From an uncultured Candidatus Bathyarchaeia archaeon (lineage in GTDB: Archaea; Thermoproteota; Bathyarchaeia; EX4484-135): a stretch of DNA of 24,000 nt. Each line of letters opens with the position of its first letter. Position 1 is the stretch's first letter. The stretch is taken from contig CAZWYW010000003.1 of assembly GCA_964638535.1 (NCBI GenBank), positions 30,229 through 54,228 on the forward strand. Direction: 5' to 3'. Shown one piece after another: positions 1 through 7,714 of the stretch. The position numbers were made by a program, and so were the translations under genes. The notes beneath the pieces are model-generated. The model worked only from the letters and a program-made list of their open reading frames with translations, was not told the DNA's origin and ran no database searches.

Positions 1-2
1 AC

Positions 3-749
3 TACATCGTGACGGCCTCCGGCTGCGCGGCCATGAGCATAGGCTTCTACAAGGACGAGGAAGGCCTCACGCCTTACGAGCGCTTCTCCGGCGCCTTCGA
101 GGCCGGCGGTATAGTGAACGTGGGCTCCTGTGTGGCGAACGCCCATATCTCGGGCGCGGCCATCAAGATAGCCAGCATATTCGCTAGGAGGAACCTAAGG
201 GCCAATTACGAGGAGATAGCGGACTACATACTCAACCGCGTGGGCGCTGTGGGCGTGGCCTGGGGAGCCATGAGCCAGAAGGCCGCCAGCATAGCCGCTG
301 GGTTCTGGCGCTTGGGCGTGCCCGTGATAGTAGGGCCGCACGGTTCCAAGTACAGGCGCATGCTCCTGGGTAGGCAGGACCGTGAGGAAGACTGGTATGT
401 GTATGATGCCCGCACGGGAGAGCGCGTCTACGCTGGCCCCTGCCCAGAGCACCTCTTCTTCGCGGCCGAGACGAAGGAAGAGGCTATGGTGTGGATAGCC
501 AAGCTCTGCATGAGGCCCAACGACACCACCAAGGGCCGTGCCATCAAGCTCACGCACTACATAGACCTGCACAAGCGCTTCTTCGGCACCATGCCTGATG
601 ACCTACACCTCTTCGTGCGCACCAAGGCCGATATACCGATAACCATGAAGGACGAGATACTCGCCTTCCTGAAGGAGAAGGGCTGGAAGGAGAGGCCCAT
701 ACCCGACCCTACACTACTGCCCAGGCTCATAAGGGCCAAGAAGGCGTGA
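3..749 (+). CDS. cdhA: Acetyl-CoA decarbonylase/synthase alpha subunit (Ni-CO dehydrogenase catalytic subunit), C-terminal ~249 aa; the 5' end lies outside the window
   Basis: The frame is open from the window edge to TGA at 747-749. The GSCVANAH motif resembles the GSCV(D/A)N C-cluster Cys motif of Ni-CODHs. The gene lies immediately upstream of cdhB-C-D-E. Confidence 0.85.
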   Translation, partial: YIVTASGCAAMSIGFYKDEEGLTPYERFSGAFEAGGIVNVGSCVANAHISGAAIKIASIFARRNLRANYEEIADYILNRVGAVGVAWGAMSQKAASIAAGFWRLGVPVIVGPHGSKYRRMLLGRQDREEDWYVYDARTGERVYAGPCPEHLFFAAETKEEAMVWIAKLCMRPNDTTKGRAIKLTHYIDLHKRFFGTMPDDLHLFVRTKADIPITMKDEILAFLKEKGWKERPIPDPTLLPRLIRAKKA

Positions 750-757
750 GCCCCGGC

Positions 758-763
758 TTTTTT
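758..763 (+). terminator. Oligo-T tract (T6) 8 nt after the cdhA stop; candidate archaeal intrinsic terminator
   Basis: The sequence gccccggcTTTTTTgc follows the TGA directly. Archaeal termination commonly uses T-tracts. A second T-rich run (cccttt) follows. Confidence 0.4.
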
Positions 764-870
764 GCTGCCCTTTCCGTATGTTAATAGCTGTCCCGCCAAC
801 TTTATGCCTCTGTATAAGGGCCATAATGCCATAATAATAGTGCCCTCTTACCCACCTGGCCCGATCCGCA

Positions 871-899
871 CGTAATAACTATAAGCCAAATCGTAATAA
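871..899 (+). promoter_or_regulatory. Candidate TATA/promoter for a leaderless cdhB transcript, with two CGTAATAA direct repeats spaced 21 bp
   Basis: CGTAATAA occurs at 871-878 and 892-899. TAATAA at 873-878 is centred about 25 nt upstream of ATG 900. cdhB has no Shine-Dalgarno, unlike cdhC/D/E. Confidence 0.45.
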
Positions 900-1502
900 A
901 TGTTTAGCTGGCCGAAAAAGACTTATAGCTTGGCTCTCCGGCACCTGGGGTGTCATAAGTTGGCGGCAGAGCCCTGGCAGAGGGCCGAGGTGCCCGGGAC
1001 AGTCAAGGCCACAGTCGTGAAGAAGCCGGAGGTCGTGGCGGCCCTCCTGAAGAGGGCCAAGAGGCCTATCATAATTGTGGGCCACGAGGCTGCTGAGTTC
1101 GAGCTTTCCAACGGCACGACGCTCCTCGACATGTTGGCCGAGCTGGCGAAGAAAACGGGCGTCCCCGTGGTCGCCACGGCCCACGTGGGTCCCATGTTGG
1201 TTGAGAGGGGTGTCCAGCCAGCGGCCATCATGTCCGCGCTCGATATAGGGCAGAGGTTAGCCGACCCGGGGTGGCAGGGCCTAGATGGCCAGGGTCAGTA
1301 TGACCTAGTGCTGATAGCCGGCCTGCCCTACTACATGGAGTGGGTTCTCACGGCCAACCTCAAGGATTTCGCGTCGCATCTCAAGGTGATCAGCCTGGAC
1401 CCGTATTACCAGCCGCACGCCACTTGGTCTTTCCCGAACACGAGGCCAGAAGACCATGAGAAAAACCTTAAGGCCCTCATAGAGGCCGTGGGCGGGAGGT
1501 GA
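900..1502 (+). CDS. cdhB: Acetyl-CoA decarbonylase/synthase epsilon subunit
   Basis: The protein is 200 aa. PWQRAEV...VKKPEVVAALLKRAKRPIIIVGHEA matches the conserved CdhB N-terminal pattern (PW...A..V.P......KRP.L.VG). Position between cdhA and cdhC supports the call. The start could instead be TTG at 960. Confidence 0.8.
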   Translation: MFSWPKKTYSLALRHLGCHKLAAEPWQRAEVPGTVKATVVKKPEVVAALLKRAKRPIIIVGHEAAEFELSNGTTLLDMLAELAKKTGVPVVATAHVGPMLVERGVQPAAIMSALDIGQRLADPGWQGLDGQGQYDLVLIAGLPYYMEWVLTANLKDFASHLKVISLDPYYQPHATWSFPNTRPEDHEKNLKALIEAVGGR

Positions 1503-1506
1503 TGGG

Positions 1507-2916
1507 ATGCCGTCCGGTATGTTCGCTGATATCCCTGTGGACGTGGGCGTGGTCTACGAGGGCGAGCGCATAAGGCGAAAGCAGATGTACGTTGAGTTCG
1601 GCGGCCCTAAGGTACCTTACAAATTCGAGCTCGTAAGGGCCCGTAAGATGGAGGAGGTCGAAGACGGGAAGATAACCATCATAGGCCCCGACATAAAGGA
1701 CCTCGAGGAAGGCGGTAGCTACCCCCTCGGCATCTTGGTTGAGGTAGCGGGCAAGGAGGTAGAGGAAGAGCTCGAGGGCGTCATAGAGCGCCGTATTCAC
1801 GAGTTCTGCAACTACATCGAGGGCTTCATGCATCTCAACCAGCGCTACGACATCTGGCTCCGCTTGAGCAAGAAGTCCTTCCAGAAGGGCTTGAACAGCT
1901 TCGAGTACATCGGTAAGGTCCTCATAAGGCTGTTCAAGAGCGAGATGCCCTTCATAGAGAAGATCCAGGTCACCTTCATCACGGACCCGGAGAAGGTCAA
2001 GGAGATGTATGAGGAGGCCCTAAGGGTCTACGAGGCCCGTGATGCCCGCGCCAGGGGCCTGAAGGACGAGGAGGTTGATACCTTCTACGGCTGCACGCTC
2101 TGCCAGAGCTTCGCCCCCACGCATGTATGCGTGATCACGGCCCAGCGCTACTCCAACTGCGGCGCTATAAGCTGGTTCGACGCCCGCGCGGCCGCTAGGG
2201 TAGACCCGAAGGGGCCCATCTTCCCCATACCCAAGGGCAAGTGCCTTGACCCGGTGAAGGGCGAGTACGAGGGCGTGAACAAGGTCGTGAAGGAGAAATC
2301 GCTGGGCGCAATAGAGCGCGTCTGGCTGTATACGGCCTTCGGCTACCCGCACACCTCCTGTGGCTGCTTCGAGGCCGCTGCCTTCTACATGCCGGAGGTA
2401 GATGGCTTCGGCATAGTCCACAGGGGCTTCAGGGGCGAGACGCCTAACGGCCTGACCTTCGTGGCTATAGCTGACGCCACGGCCGGCGGGAGGCAGGTAG
2501 ATGGCTTTCACGGCATCTCCTTCGAGTACATGAGGTCCCCGAAGTTCCTCCAGGCCGATGGCGGCTGGCACCGTGTGGTCTGGGCGCCCAAGGAGGTGCT
2601 AGAGCGCGTCTGGGACTTCATACCCGAGGACGTGAGGGACAGGATTGCCACGGAGGAAGACGTGAGCAACATGGAGGAGCTGAAGAAGTTCCTCATAGAG
2701 AAAGGACACCCGATAGTGGAGCGTTGGAAGGAGAAGGGCCTGCTGGTCGAGGAGAAGCCTGAGGAGGCCAAGCCCGAGGAGGCCGTGGAGCTGGCGCCCG
2801 GAGCCGTGCCAGCTGTGGCGGGCCTGCCAGCCCTGGGAGGCGTGAGGATAACGCTCGAGGACGCGGCCGTCTTCATCCGCCGGTTGATAATCAAGGCCCC
2901 CGAGAAGAGGAGGTAA
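1507..2916 (+). CDS. cdhC: Acetyl-CoA decarbonylase/synthase beta subunit (acetyl-CoA synthase, A-cluster subunit)
   Basis: The protein is 469 aa. It carries CTLCQSFAPTHVCVIT and HTSCGCFE (the Cys-Gly-Cys A-cluster motif). GGAGGTGAT precedes the ATG. The C-terminus is a Glu/Pro/Ala-rich linker followed by the ITLEDAAVFIRRLIIK tail. Confidence 0.92.
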   Translation: MPSGMFADIPVDVGVVYEGERIRRKQMYVEFGGPKVPYKFELVRARKMEEVEDGKITIIGPDIKDLEEGGSYPLGILVEVAGKEVEEELEGVIERRIHEFCNYIEGFMHLNQRYDIWLRLSKKSFQKGLNSFEYIGKVLIRLFKSEMPFIEKIQVTFITDPEKVKEMYEEALRVYEARDARARGLKDEEVDTFYGCTLCQSFAPTHVCVITAQRYSNCGAISWFDARAAARVDPKGPIFPIPKGKCLDPVKGEYEGVNKVVKEKSLGAIERVWLYTAFGYPHTSCGCFEAAAFYMPEVDGFGIVHRGFRGETPNGLTFVAIADATAGGRQVDGFHGISFEYMRSPKFLQADGGWHRVVWAPKEVLERVWDFIPEDVRDRIATEEDVSNMEELKKFLIEKGHPIVERWKEKGLLVEEKPEEAKPEEAVELAPGAVPAVAGLPALGGVRITLEDAAVFIRRLIIKAPEKRR

Positions 2917-2922
2917 TGGCAG

Positions 2923-3075
2923 ATGGGCGAGAAGAGCGGGTCCGAGGGCAAGGGCGTGGTCCTCCAGGCCTCCGAGCTGGCCAAGCTCTTGGCCAACTTC
3001 GGGGCCATAGAGTTTGAGGACGTGGTGATAAAAGCTAAGAAGCTCATCATAAAGCCCGTGAAGAAGGAGGGGTAA
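2923..3075 (+). CDS. 50-aa micro-ORF, a paralogous copy of the CdhD N-terminal module (MGEKSGSEGKGVVLQASELAKLLANFGAIEFEDVVIKAKKLIIKPVKKEG)
   Basis: It is absent from the ORF track, presumably because it is short. GGAGG at 2909-2913 lies about 9 nt upstream of the ATG. It exactly fills the cdhC-cdhD gap (stop 3073-3075, cdhD ATG at 3080). Bases 2983-3045 are 50/63 identical to cdhD 3158-3220 in the same reading frame. Confidence 0.6.
   Translation: MGEKSGSEGKGVVLQASELAKLLANFGAIEFEDVVIKAKKLIIKPVKKEG
2983..3045 (+). repeat. Copy 1 of a 63-nt in-frame direct repeat (offset 175 nt)
   Basis: The copy aagctcttggccaa...atagag...gaggacgtgg...gctaagaagct was aligned by eye to 3158-3220. 50 of 63 positions are identical, with no indels. 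Confidence 0.85.
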
Positions 3076-3079
3076 GGCT

Positions 3080-4330
3080 ATGCCGGAAGAAAAACGCAAG
3101 CCTGAGGAAGGGGAGAGCGTAGAAGGCTTCCTAGCCAGCTTCCTGCCCGACCTCCTGAAGCTCTTGGCCAAGTACGAGGAGATAGAGCTGGAGGACGTGG
3201 AGCTCCACGCTAAGAAGCTGGCCTTTGAACTCCTGCCGGTCATCCCTGCTGCGCCTCCAGTCCCAGCGGCCCCGCCGGTCGCCAAGCCGACTGAGCTGTT
3301 GAGGGAGGGCTTCGAGCCACCCGTGATGACTTACCCCGGCAGGGTAGAAGAGGTCAAGATAGGGGCCACGCGCTCCGAGGGCGGCAGCAGGGGCAAGACG
3401 TACGTGATAGGCGGCGAGATGAACCCACCTTACTACATCTTCGAGAGGCCCCCGCCTCACAGGCCCATAATATCCATGGACGTCTTCGACACCAAGGTGC
3501 CGCTGCCGAGGGCCGTTAAGATGCACATAAAGGACGTGATAGACGATCCAGGCGAGTGGGCCAAGCGGAACGTGGAGAAGTTCGGCGCCGACATGATAGT
3601 GGTCCACCTGCTGAGCATGGACCCGCTCATAGAAGACAAGGCGCCTAAAGACGCCCTGAAGACGATCGAGGAAGTCCTCCAGGCCGTGGACGTGCCGGTG
3701 GTGGTGGGCGGCTGTGGCGACCCAGAGAAGGACGCGGAAGCCTTCAAGATCGCCTCCGATATGTTCTCCGGCGAGAGGCTGATAATGAGCTCCGTCACGC
3801 TCGACATGGCTGATAAAGGCGTCTTAGATGAAACGGCCAAGGCCATAGCCCAGCACGGGCACATAGCCCTCGCCTTCACGCCCATAGACCTCAACTTGGC
3901 CAGGGAGCTGAACAGGAAGCTCTACGGCCACGTGGCCAGGGACAGCATAATTATGGACCTGACCTCGGCTGCCCTCGGCTACGGCAGCGAGTACTCCTAC
4001 ACCATCATGGAGCGCGCCCGCTTGGCTGCTCTCATGGGCGATAAGGAACTCCAGCACCCGATCATGGCTTGCTCGGCCAACACCTGGGCTGCCCGTGAGG
4101 CCTGGATCAAGGAGGCGGAGATAGGCGAGATCTGGGGTCCGAGGGAGCTGAGGGGGCCGATGTACGAGACGGTAGCGGCCCTCGTCTATCTCCTAGCCGG
4201 CGCGGACTGGCTGATGGTGGAGCATCCAGCCACCACGAGGACTCTGAAGGAGTTCATAGATATCCTCATGAAGAAGGGTGCCGCCAAGCCAGAGACCATA
4301 GCTGGCTGGGTGAGCGCGAAGCTGGGGTGA
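3080..4330 (+). CDS. cdhD: Acetyl-CoA decarbonylase/synthase delta subunit (corrinoid/Fe-S protein small subunit)
   Basis: The protein is 416 aa. SEGGSRGKTYVIGGE, DVFD, PGEWAKRNVEKFGADMIVVHL, LQAVDVPVVVGG and IMDLTSAALGYG closely match remembered Methanosarcina CdhD. AGGAGG lies 9 nt upstream of the ATG. Confidence 0.92.
   Translation: MPEEKRKPEEGESVEGFLASFLPDLLKLLAKYEEIELEDVELHAKKLAFELLPVIPAAPPVPAAPPVAKPTELLREGFEPPVMTYPGRVEEVKIGATRSEGGSRGKTYVIGGEMNPPYYIFERPPPHRPIISMDVFDTKVPLPRAVKMHIKDVIDDPGEWAKRNVEKFGADMIVVHLLSMDPLIEDKAPKDALKTIEEVLQAVDVPVVVGGCGDPEKDAEAFKIASDMFSGERLIMSSVTLDMADKGVLDETAKAIAQHGHIALAFTPIDLNLARELNRKLYGHVARDSIIMDLTSAALGYGSEYSYTIMERARLAALMGDKELQHPIMACSANTWAAREAWIKEAEIGEIWGPRELRGPMYETVAALVYLLAGADWLMVEHPATTRTLKEFIDILMKKGAAKPETIAGWVSAKLG
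3158..3220 (+). repeat. Copy 2 of the 63-nt in-frame direct repeat, within the cdhD 5' region
   Basis: See 2983-3045. It encodes KLLAKYEEIELEDVELHAKKL, against KLLANFGAIEFEDVVIKAKKL in the micro-ORF. Confidence 0.85.
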
Positions 4331-4336
4331 GAGGGT

Positions 4337-5794
4337 ATGTCGGGCAGCGGCGCTAAGGAACTCAGCCCAATAGAGATATACAAGTACCTGCCTAAGACGA
4401 ACTGCGGGAAGTGCGGCGAGAAGACCTGCATGGCCTTCGCCACCAAGCTCGCTAACAGGGAGGCCAGGCTGGAGGAGTGCCCCGAGCTGCTGAAGCCCGA
4501 GTACAAGGAGGCGTACGAGAAGCTCTGGGAGATGCTCAGGCCGCCGGTGCGCGAGGTAGTCTTCGGCTCAGGCGAGAGGGTAGCCAAGATAGGCGGCAAG
4601 TACGTGATGTACAGGCACGAGCTCACCTACCACAACCCAACCGTGATAGCCATAGAAGTGGACGACACCATGGAATTGAGCGAGATAGAAGAGCGCATCA
4701 AGCGCCTGGAGGAGCTCTCGTACATTTACATCGGGCGCGAGCTGAAGCTGGATGCCGTGGCCGTGAGGTGTGTCTCGGGTGATGCCGAGCGCTTCAAGGC
4801 AGCCGTGGAAGCCGTGGCCAAGCTGACGGACATGCCCTTGGTTCTCTGCTGCCTAGACCCGGAGATCATGGAGAACGCCTTAGTGACCGTGTACGAGCGC
4901 AGGCCCCTCCTCTACGCGGCCACCAAGGACAACTGGCGTGAGATGGCAGAGCTGGCCACGGGTTACAAGTGCCCATTAGCTGTCTTCGCGCCCGGGGATA
5001 TAGCGCTCCTCAGGTCCCTCGTGAAGACCTTGCGGGCTTACGGCGTGGAAGACCTGGCCTTAGACCCCGGCACCTTCCCGGGCGAGGGCTTCTCGGACAC
5101 ACTGAACAACTTCGTGATGATACGCCGCGCCGCCTGTAAGATGGGTGATGACCTGTTGGGCTACCCGCTCATAGGCGTGCCAGCCGTGGCCTGGTTGAGC
5201 GAGGGCGGGAAGGAGAAATCCAAGGAGGAAGAGGAAGCCGAGAAGGTCTTGAAGGCCTGGCGCGAGGCTTGTATGGCCGTCATGCTCATCACTCGCTTCG
5301 CCGACCTGCTCATCATGCACAGCTTAGAGGGCTGGGTCCAGCTGCCTATCATGATCTGGCGCGAGAACATCTACACCGATCCGCGCAAGCCCGTGGCTGT
5401 GGAGCCCGGCCTGAAGGCCTTCGGCACGCCGGATGAGATGACGCCCGTGCTCGTCACGACCAACTACGCCCTGACCTACTTCACGGTGGAGAACGACATT
5501 AAATCCGCAAAGATAGATTGCTACCTATTAGTGGTGGATACTGAGGGCCTAAGCGTCCAGAGCGCGGTGGCAGGCCGTAAGCTCACGGCTGAGCTAGTGG
5601 CGGACGCGCTGAAGGAATCCGGCGTGGAGGAGAAAGTGAAGCACCGTTACCTCATCATACCCGGCCTGGCCGCCCGCCTGAGCGGCGAGATAGAAGAGCT
5701 CACGGGCTGGAAGGTGCTCGTGGGGCCACAGGATTCCTCTGCCATACCGAAGTTCTTATCGGAGAAGTGGCCGCCTAAGGAACAGGAAGAGTGA
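4337..5794 (+). CDS. cdhE: Acetyl-CoA decarbonylase/synthase gamma subunit (corrinoid/Fe-S protein large subunit)
   Basis: The protein is 485 aa. The N-terminal Cys cluster KTNCGKCGEKTCMAFATKLA...EEC is the CdhE/AcsC [4Fe-4S] motif. It is the last gene of the cdh cluster. Confidence 0.9.
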   Translation: MSGSGAKELSPIEIYKYLPKTNCGKCGEKTCMAFATKLANREARLEECPELLKPEYKEAYEKLWEMLRPPVREVVFGSGERVAKIGGKYVMYRHELTYHNPTVIAIEVDDTMELSEIEERIKRLEELSYIYIGRELKLDAVAVRCVSGDAERFKAAVEAVAKLTDMPLVLCCLDPEIMENALVTVYERRPLLYAATKDNWREMAELATGYKCPLAVFAPGDIALLRSLVKTLRAYGVEDLALDPGTFPGEGFSDTLNNFVMIRRAACKMGDDLLGYPLIGVPAVAWLSEGGKEKSKEEEEAEKVLKAWREACMAVMLITRFADLLIMHSLEGWVQLPIMIWRENIYTDPRKPVAVEPGLKAFGTPDEMTPVLVTTNYALTYFTVENDIKSAKIDCYLLVVDTEGLSVQSAVAGRKLTAELVADALKESGVEEKVKHRYLIIPGLAARLSGEIEELTGWKVLVGPQDSSAIPKFLSEKWPPKEQEE

Positions 5795-5799
5795 TTTTT
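5795..5799. terminator. T5/A5 tract in the 8-bp spacer between convergent cdhE and cbiO; possible bidirectional terminator
   Basis: The sequence is TGAtttttgagCTA. The cdhE stop is at 5792-5794 and the cbiO stop codon complement at 5803-5805. Confidence 0.35.
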
Positions 5800-5802
5800 G
5801 AG

Positions 5803-6564
5803 CTACTGTATCAACCTAGTCTTTTCTCTAACCACGATCTCCCAGGGCTGCCTGAGTTCTGCTTTCTCCAATAGCCTTACGTCTGAGAACACTTCTCCTG
5901 GCTTCCCCTCGGCCTCTACGCGCCCGCCCATCAATACGTAAACGTAATCGGCTATCCCGTACGCGAAATCCACGTCGTGTGTGGCTATCACGAAGGTCCG
6001 GCCGGAGCGCACGCCTTCGGCCATCAGCTCCTTGAGGAAAGCCACGTAACGAGGGCTGAGGAAGGCCGTGGGCTCGTCCACGAGGAAGACCTCGGGCTCG
6101 TAGACCAAAACAGTGGCTAAGGCAGCTTTCTTCTTCTCCCCGTAGCTCAGCCTGTAAGGCGGCTTGGTCAGTAAGCCCTCTATGCCGAGCTCGGCAGCTA
6201 CCTCGGTCACCTTAGCGCGTACCTCCTCCTCGGGCAGCCCCAATTGCCTGAGGGCGAAGGCTATGTCATCGAACACCGTAGGACAGAAAAGCTGGTCATC
6301 TGGGTCTTGGAAGACGAGGCCCACGTGCCTCCTGAGCTCCGGCCCCAGCTCGCGGATATCGCGGCCCCTGAAGGCCACCTGGCCCTCCTGGGGCTCCAGC
6401 AGGCCTGCTATGACGAGCAAGAGGGTCGTCTTGCCGGCGCCGTTCGGGCCTAAGAGGGCCGTTACCTCGCCCTCTAATATGGCGCAGTCCACGCCTCTGA
6501 GGGCCACCGTGCCGTCGGGGTATCTGAACCACACATTAGAGCACGTGATGACCGCGCCGCCCAT
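5803..6564 (-). CDS. cbiO: ECF-type Ni/Co transporter ATPase component (CbiO/NikO)
   Basis: The protein is 253 aa. It has Walker A GPNGAGKTT, signature-like LSYGEKKK, Walker B FLVDEPTAFL and H-loop ATHD. It is the last gene of the cbiM-N-Q-O order. Confidence 0.88.
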   Translation of the reverse strand: MGGAVITCSNVWFRYPDGTVALRGVDCAILEGEVTALLGPNGAGKTTLLLVIAGLLEPQEGQVAFRGRDIRELGPELRRHVGLVFQDPDDQLFCPTVFDDIAFALRQLGLPEEEVRAKVTEVAAELGIEGLLTKPPYRLSYGEKKKAALATVLVYEPEVFLVDEPTAFLSPRYVAFLKELMAEGVRSGRTFVIATHDVDFAYGIADYVYVLMGGRVEAEGKPGEVFSDVRLLEKAELRQPWEIVVREKTRLIQ

Positions 6565-6568
6565 CGCG

Positions 6569-7387
6569 TCACACCACCTCCAGGATGAAGAGCGCGATAT
6601 AACCCACGGCCGCTAGGAGCCAGATCAGGTCGCGGACGCCCAACCTAAAACACCCCCTCGGATCCGAGATGTTGGCCGGGCTGCCGAACGGGCACCTAGC
6701 CCTCATGGCGAGCCCTACCTTCCAAGCCCTGTTAAAGGCCCTGAGCAAGAGGTCGCCACAGCAGCTGGCCAGGACGAGCCAGGAGGAGCTTATCCTCGGC
6801 TTCCTCAGCAGCCTGGCCTCCCTGGCCGCGAGGAGGCGCTGGGCCTCGCGTATGGAGAGCGGCACGTACCTGGCCGTGAGGAAGGCCATGTTAGGTATAG
6901 TGCCCGTGGGGTCTACGGCGTGGAGGCCTCTGATGAGCGTGGTCAAGCCCGCGTAAGCCGTCCAGGCCACACCAATCGATATGGCGTTCAGGCACCTCAA
7001 GACGAACGCGGCTGCCTTCAGGGTGCCTTCCCGCGTGGCCACCAGGCGTAGCGGGCCGAGCTGGATGGCGTAAGTGACGGCACCGGGGGTTATGAAGGGA
7101 AGTGGCAGCGCTATGATGGTCAAGAAGGGCAGGATAAGGCCTACTAACTTCAGGAAATTGCCTAGCTCGCGGCTGGCCACTGCTAAGACGAGCGCTAGGG
7201 CGAAGGGCAGGAAGGAGCAAGCGCGGAGCGGGATGGGGCTGCTGAAGGCTGCCGGGGAGACAAAAAGGACTAGGAGGGCGAGGGAGGTGAAGGGCGCTAT
7301 CCTCGGTGACCTCTCCTTTGCTAGCCTATCTAGGACGTGGCCAACAGCGTCCAAGTAGCGCATTAACAGACCGCGCCGCCAGAGCAT
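6569..7387 (-). CDS. cbiQ: ECF transporter transmembrane (T) component (CbiQ/NikQ)
   Basis: It is a 272-aa polytopic hydrophobic protein between the small N-type component and the ATPase. The start could instead be the internal ATG at 7363. Confidence 0.75.
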   Translation of the reverse strand: MLWRRGLLMRYLDAVGHVLDRLAKERSPRIAPFTSLALLVLFVSPAAFSSPIPLRACSFLPFALALVLAVASRELGNFLKLVGLILPFLTIIALPLPFITPGAVTYAIQLGPLRLVATREGTLKAAAFVLRCLNAISIGVAWTAYAGLTTLIRGLHAVDPTGTIPNMAFLTARYVPLSIREAQRLLAAREARLLRKPRISSSWLVLASCCGDLLLRAFNRAWKVGLAMRARCPFGSPANISDPRGCFRLGVRDLIWLLAAVGYIALFILEVV

Positions 7388-7391
7388 CGCT

Positions 7392-7712
7392 TTACCCCTG
7401 GCCCTTGGCTAAGAGCGCCATAAGCCCCAGCCCGAGCGCGAGTATGATGGCCACACCCACGATGCCCGAGATTATGTAGCCCACCGATAAGCCAGCCCAG
7501 TCCTCGGGGAGGCCGGGCACAGTGTAATCCGGCAGCAGGCCGGACCAAATGCCCGATTCCTCTAAGCCCCGCTTCTCGGCGGCCACGTCTAAGGGCTCGT
7601 GGTAGCCCACTAGCTCGGCCCCTATGACGCCGAACAGCGGGCTTATGATGAGCAACACGGCTATGACGGCCAGCGCCCTCTTGTGCTTGGCCAGGAAGCC
7701 CTCCAGGGCCAA
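7392..7712 (-). CDS. Small membrane component of the Ni/Co ECF transporter (CbiN/NikN-like, PDGLE-domain-like)
   Basis: The protein is 106 aa with N- and C-terminal TM helices flanking HEPLDVAAEK...PDYTVPG, which resembles the PDGLE domain. The TTG start lies 2 nt after the cbiM stop. Confidence 0.65.
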   Translation of the reverse strand: MALEGFLAKHKRALAVIAVLLIISPLFGVIGAELVGYHEPLDVAAEKRGLEESGIWSGLLPDYTVPGLPEDWAGLSVGYIISGIVGVAIILALGLGLMALLAKGQG

Positions 7713-7714
7713 AT

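Noticed and set aside
2599-3285. 228-aa and 180-aa ORFs antisense to cdhC, the micro-ORF and cdhD (also 2020-2571 minus)
   Set aside because: They lie opposite a strongly supported coding strand and give low-complexity Ser/Leu/Gly/Ala-rich translations. They have no start context and are typical shadow ORFs of GC-rich DNA.
3236-3290. Tandem PAAPPV x2 coding repeat in cdhD and the PEEA-type repeats at the cdhC 3' end
   Set aside because: These are low-complexity Pro/Ala/Glu linkers typical of inter-domain tethers. They are noted only as context for the docking-motif finding, not as independent repeat elements.
4477-4782. 101-aa alternative-frame ORF within cdhE
   Set aside because: It is same-strand and out of frame with a confidently identified CdhE. 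Its composition is Arg/Gly/Ala-biased and it has no SD.
5114-5165. Two GTGATGA (C-box-like) heptamers about 40 nt apart inside cdhE; other TGATGA hits at 3323, 5313 (minus) and 7637
   Set aside because: No CTGA D or D' box lies at the required 12-nt spacing, and all are inside well-supported coding sequence.
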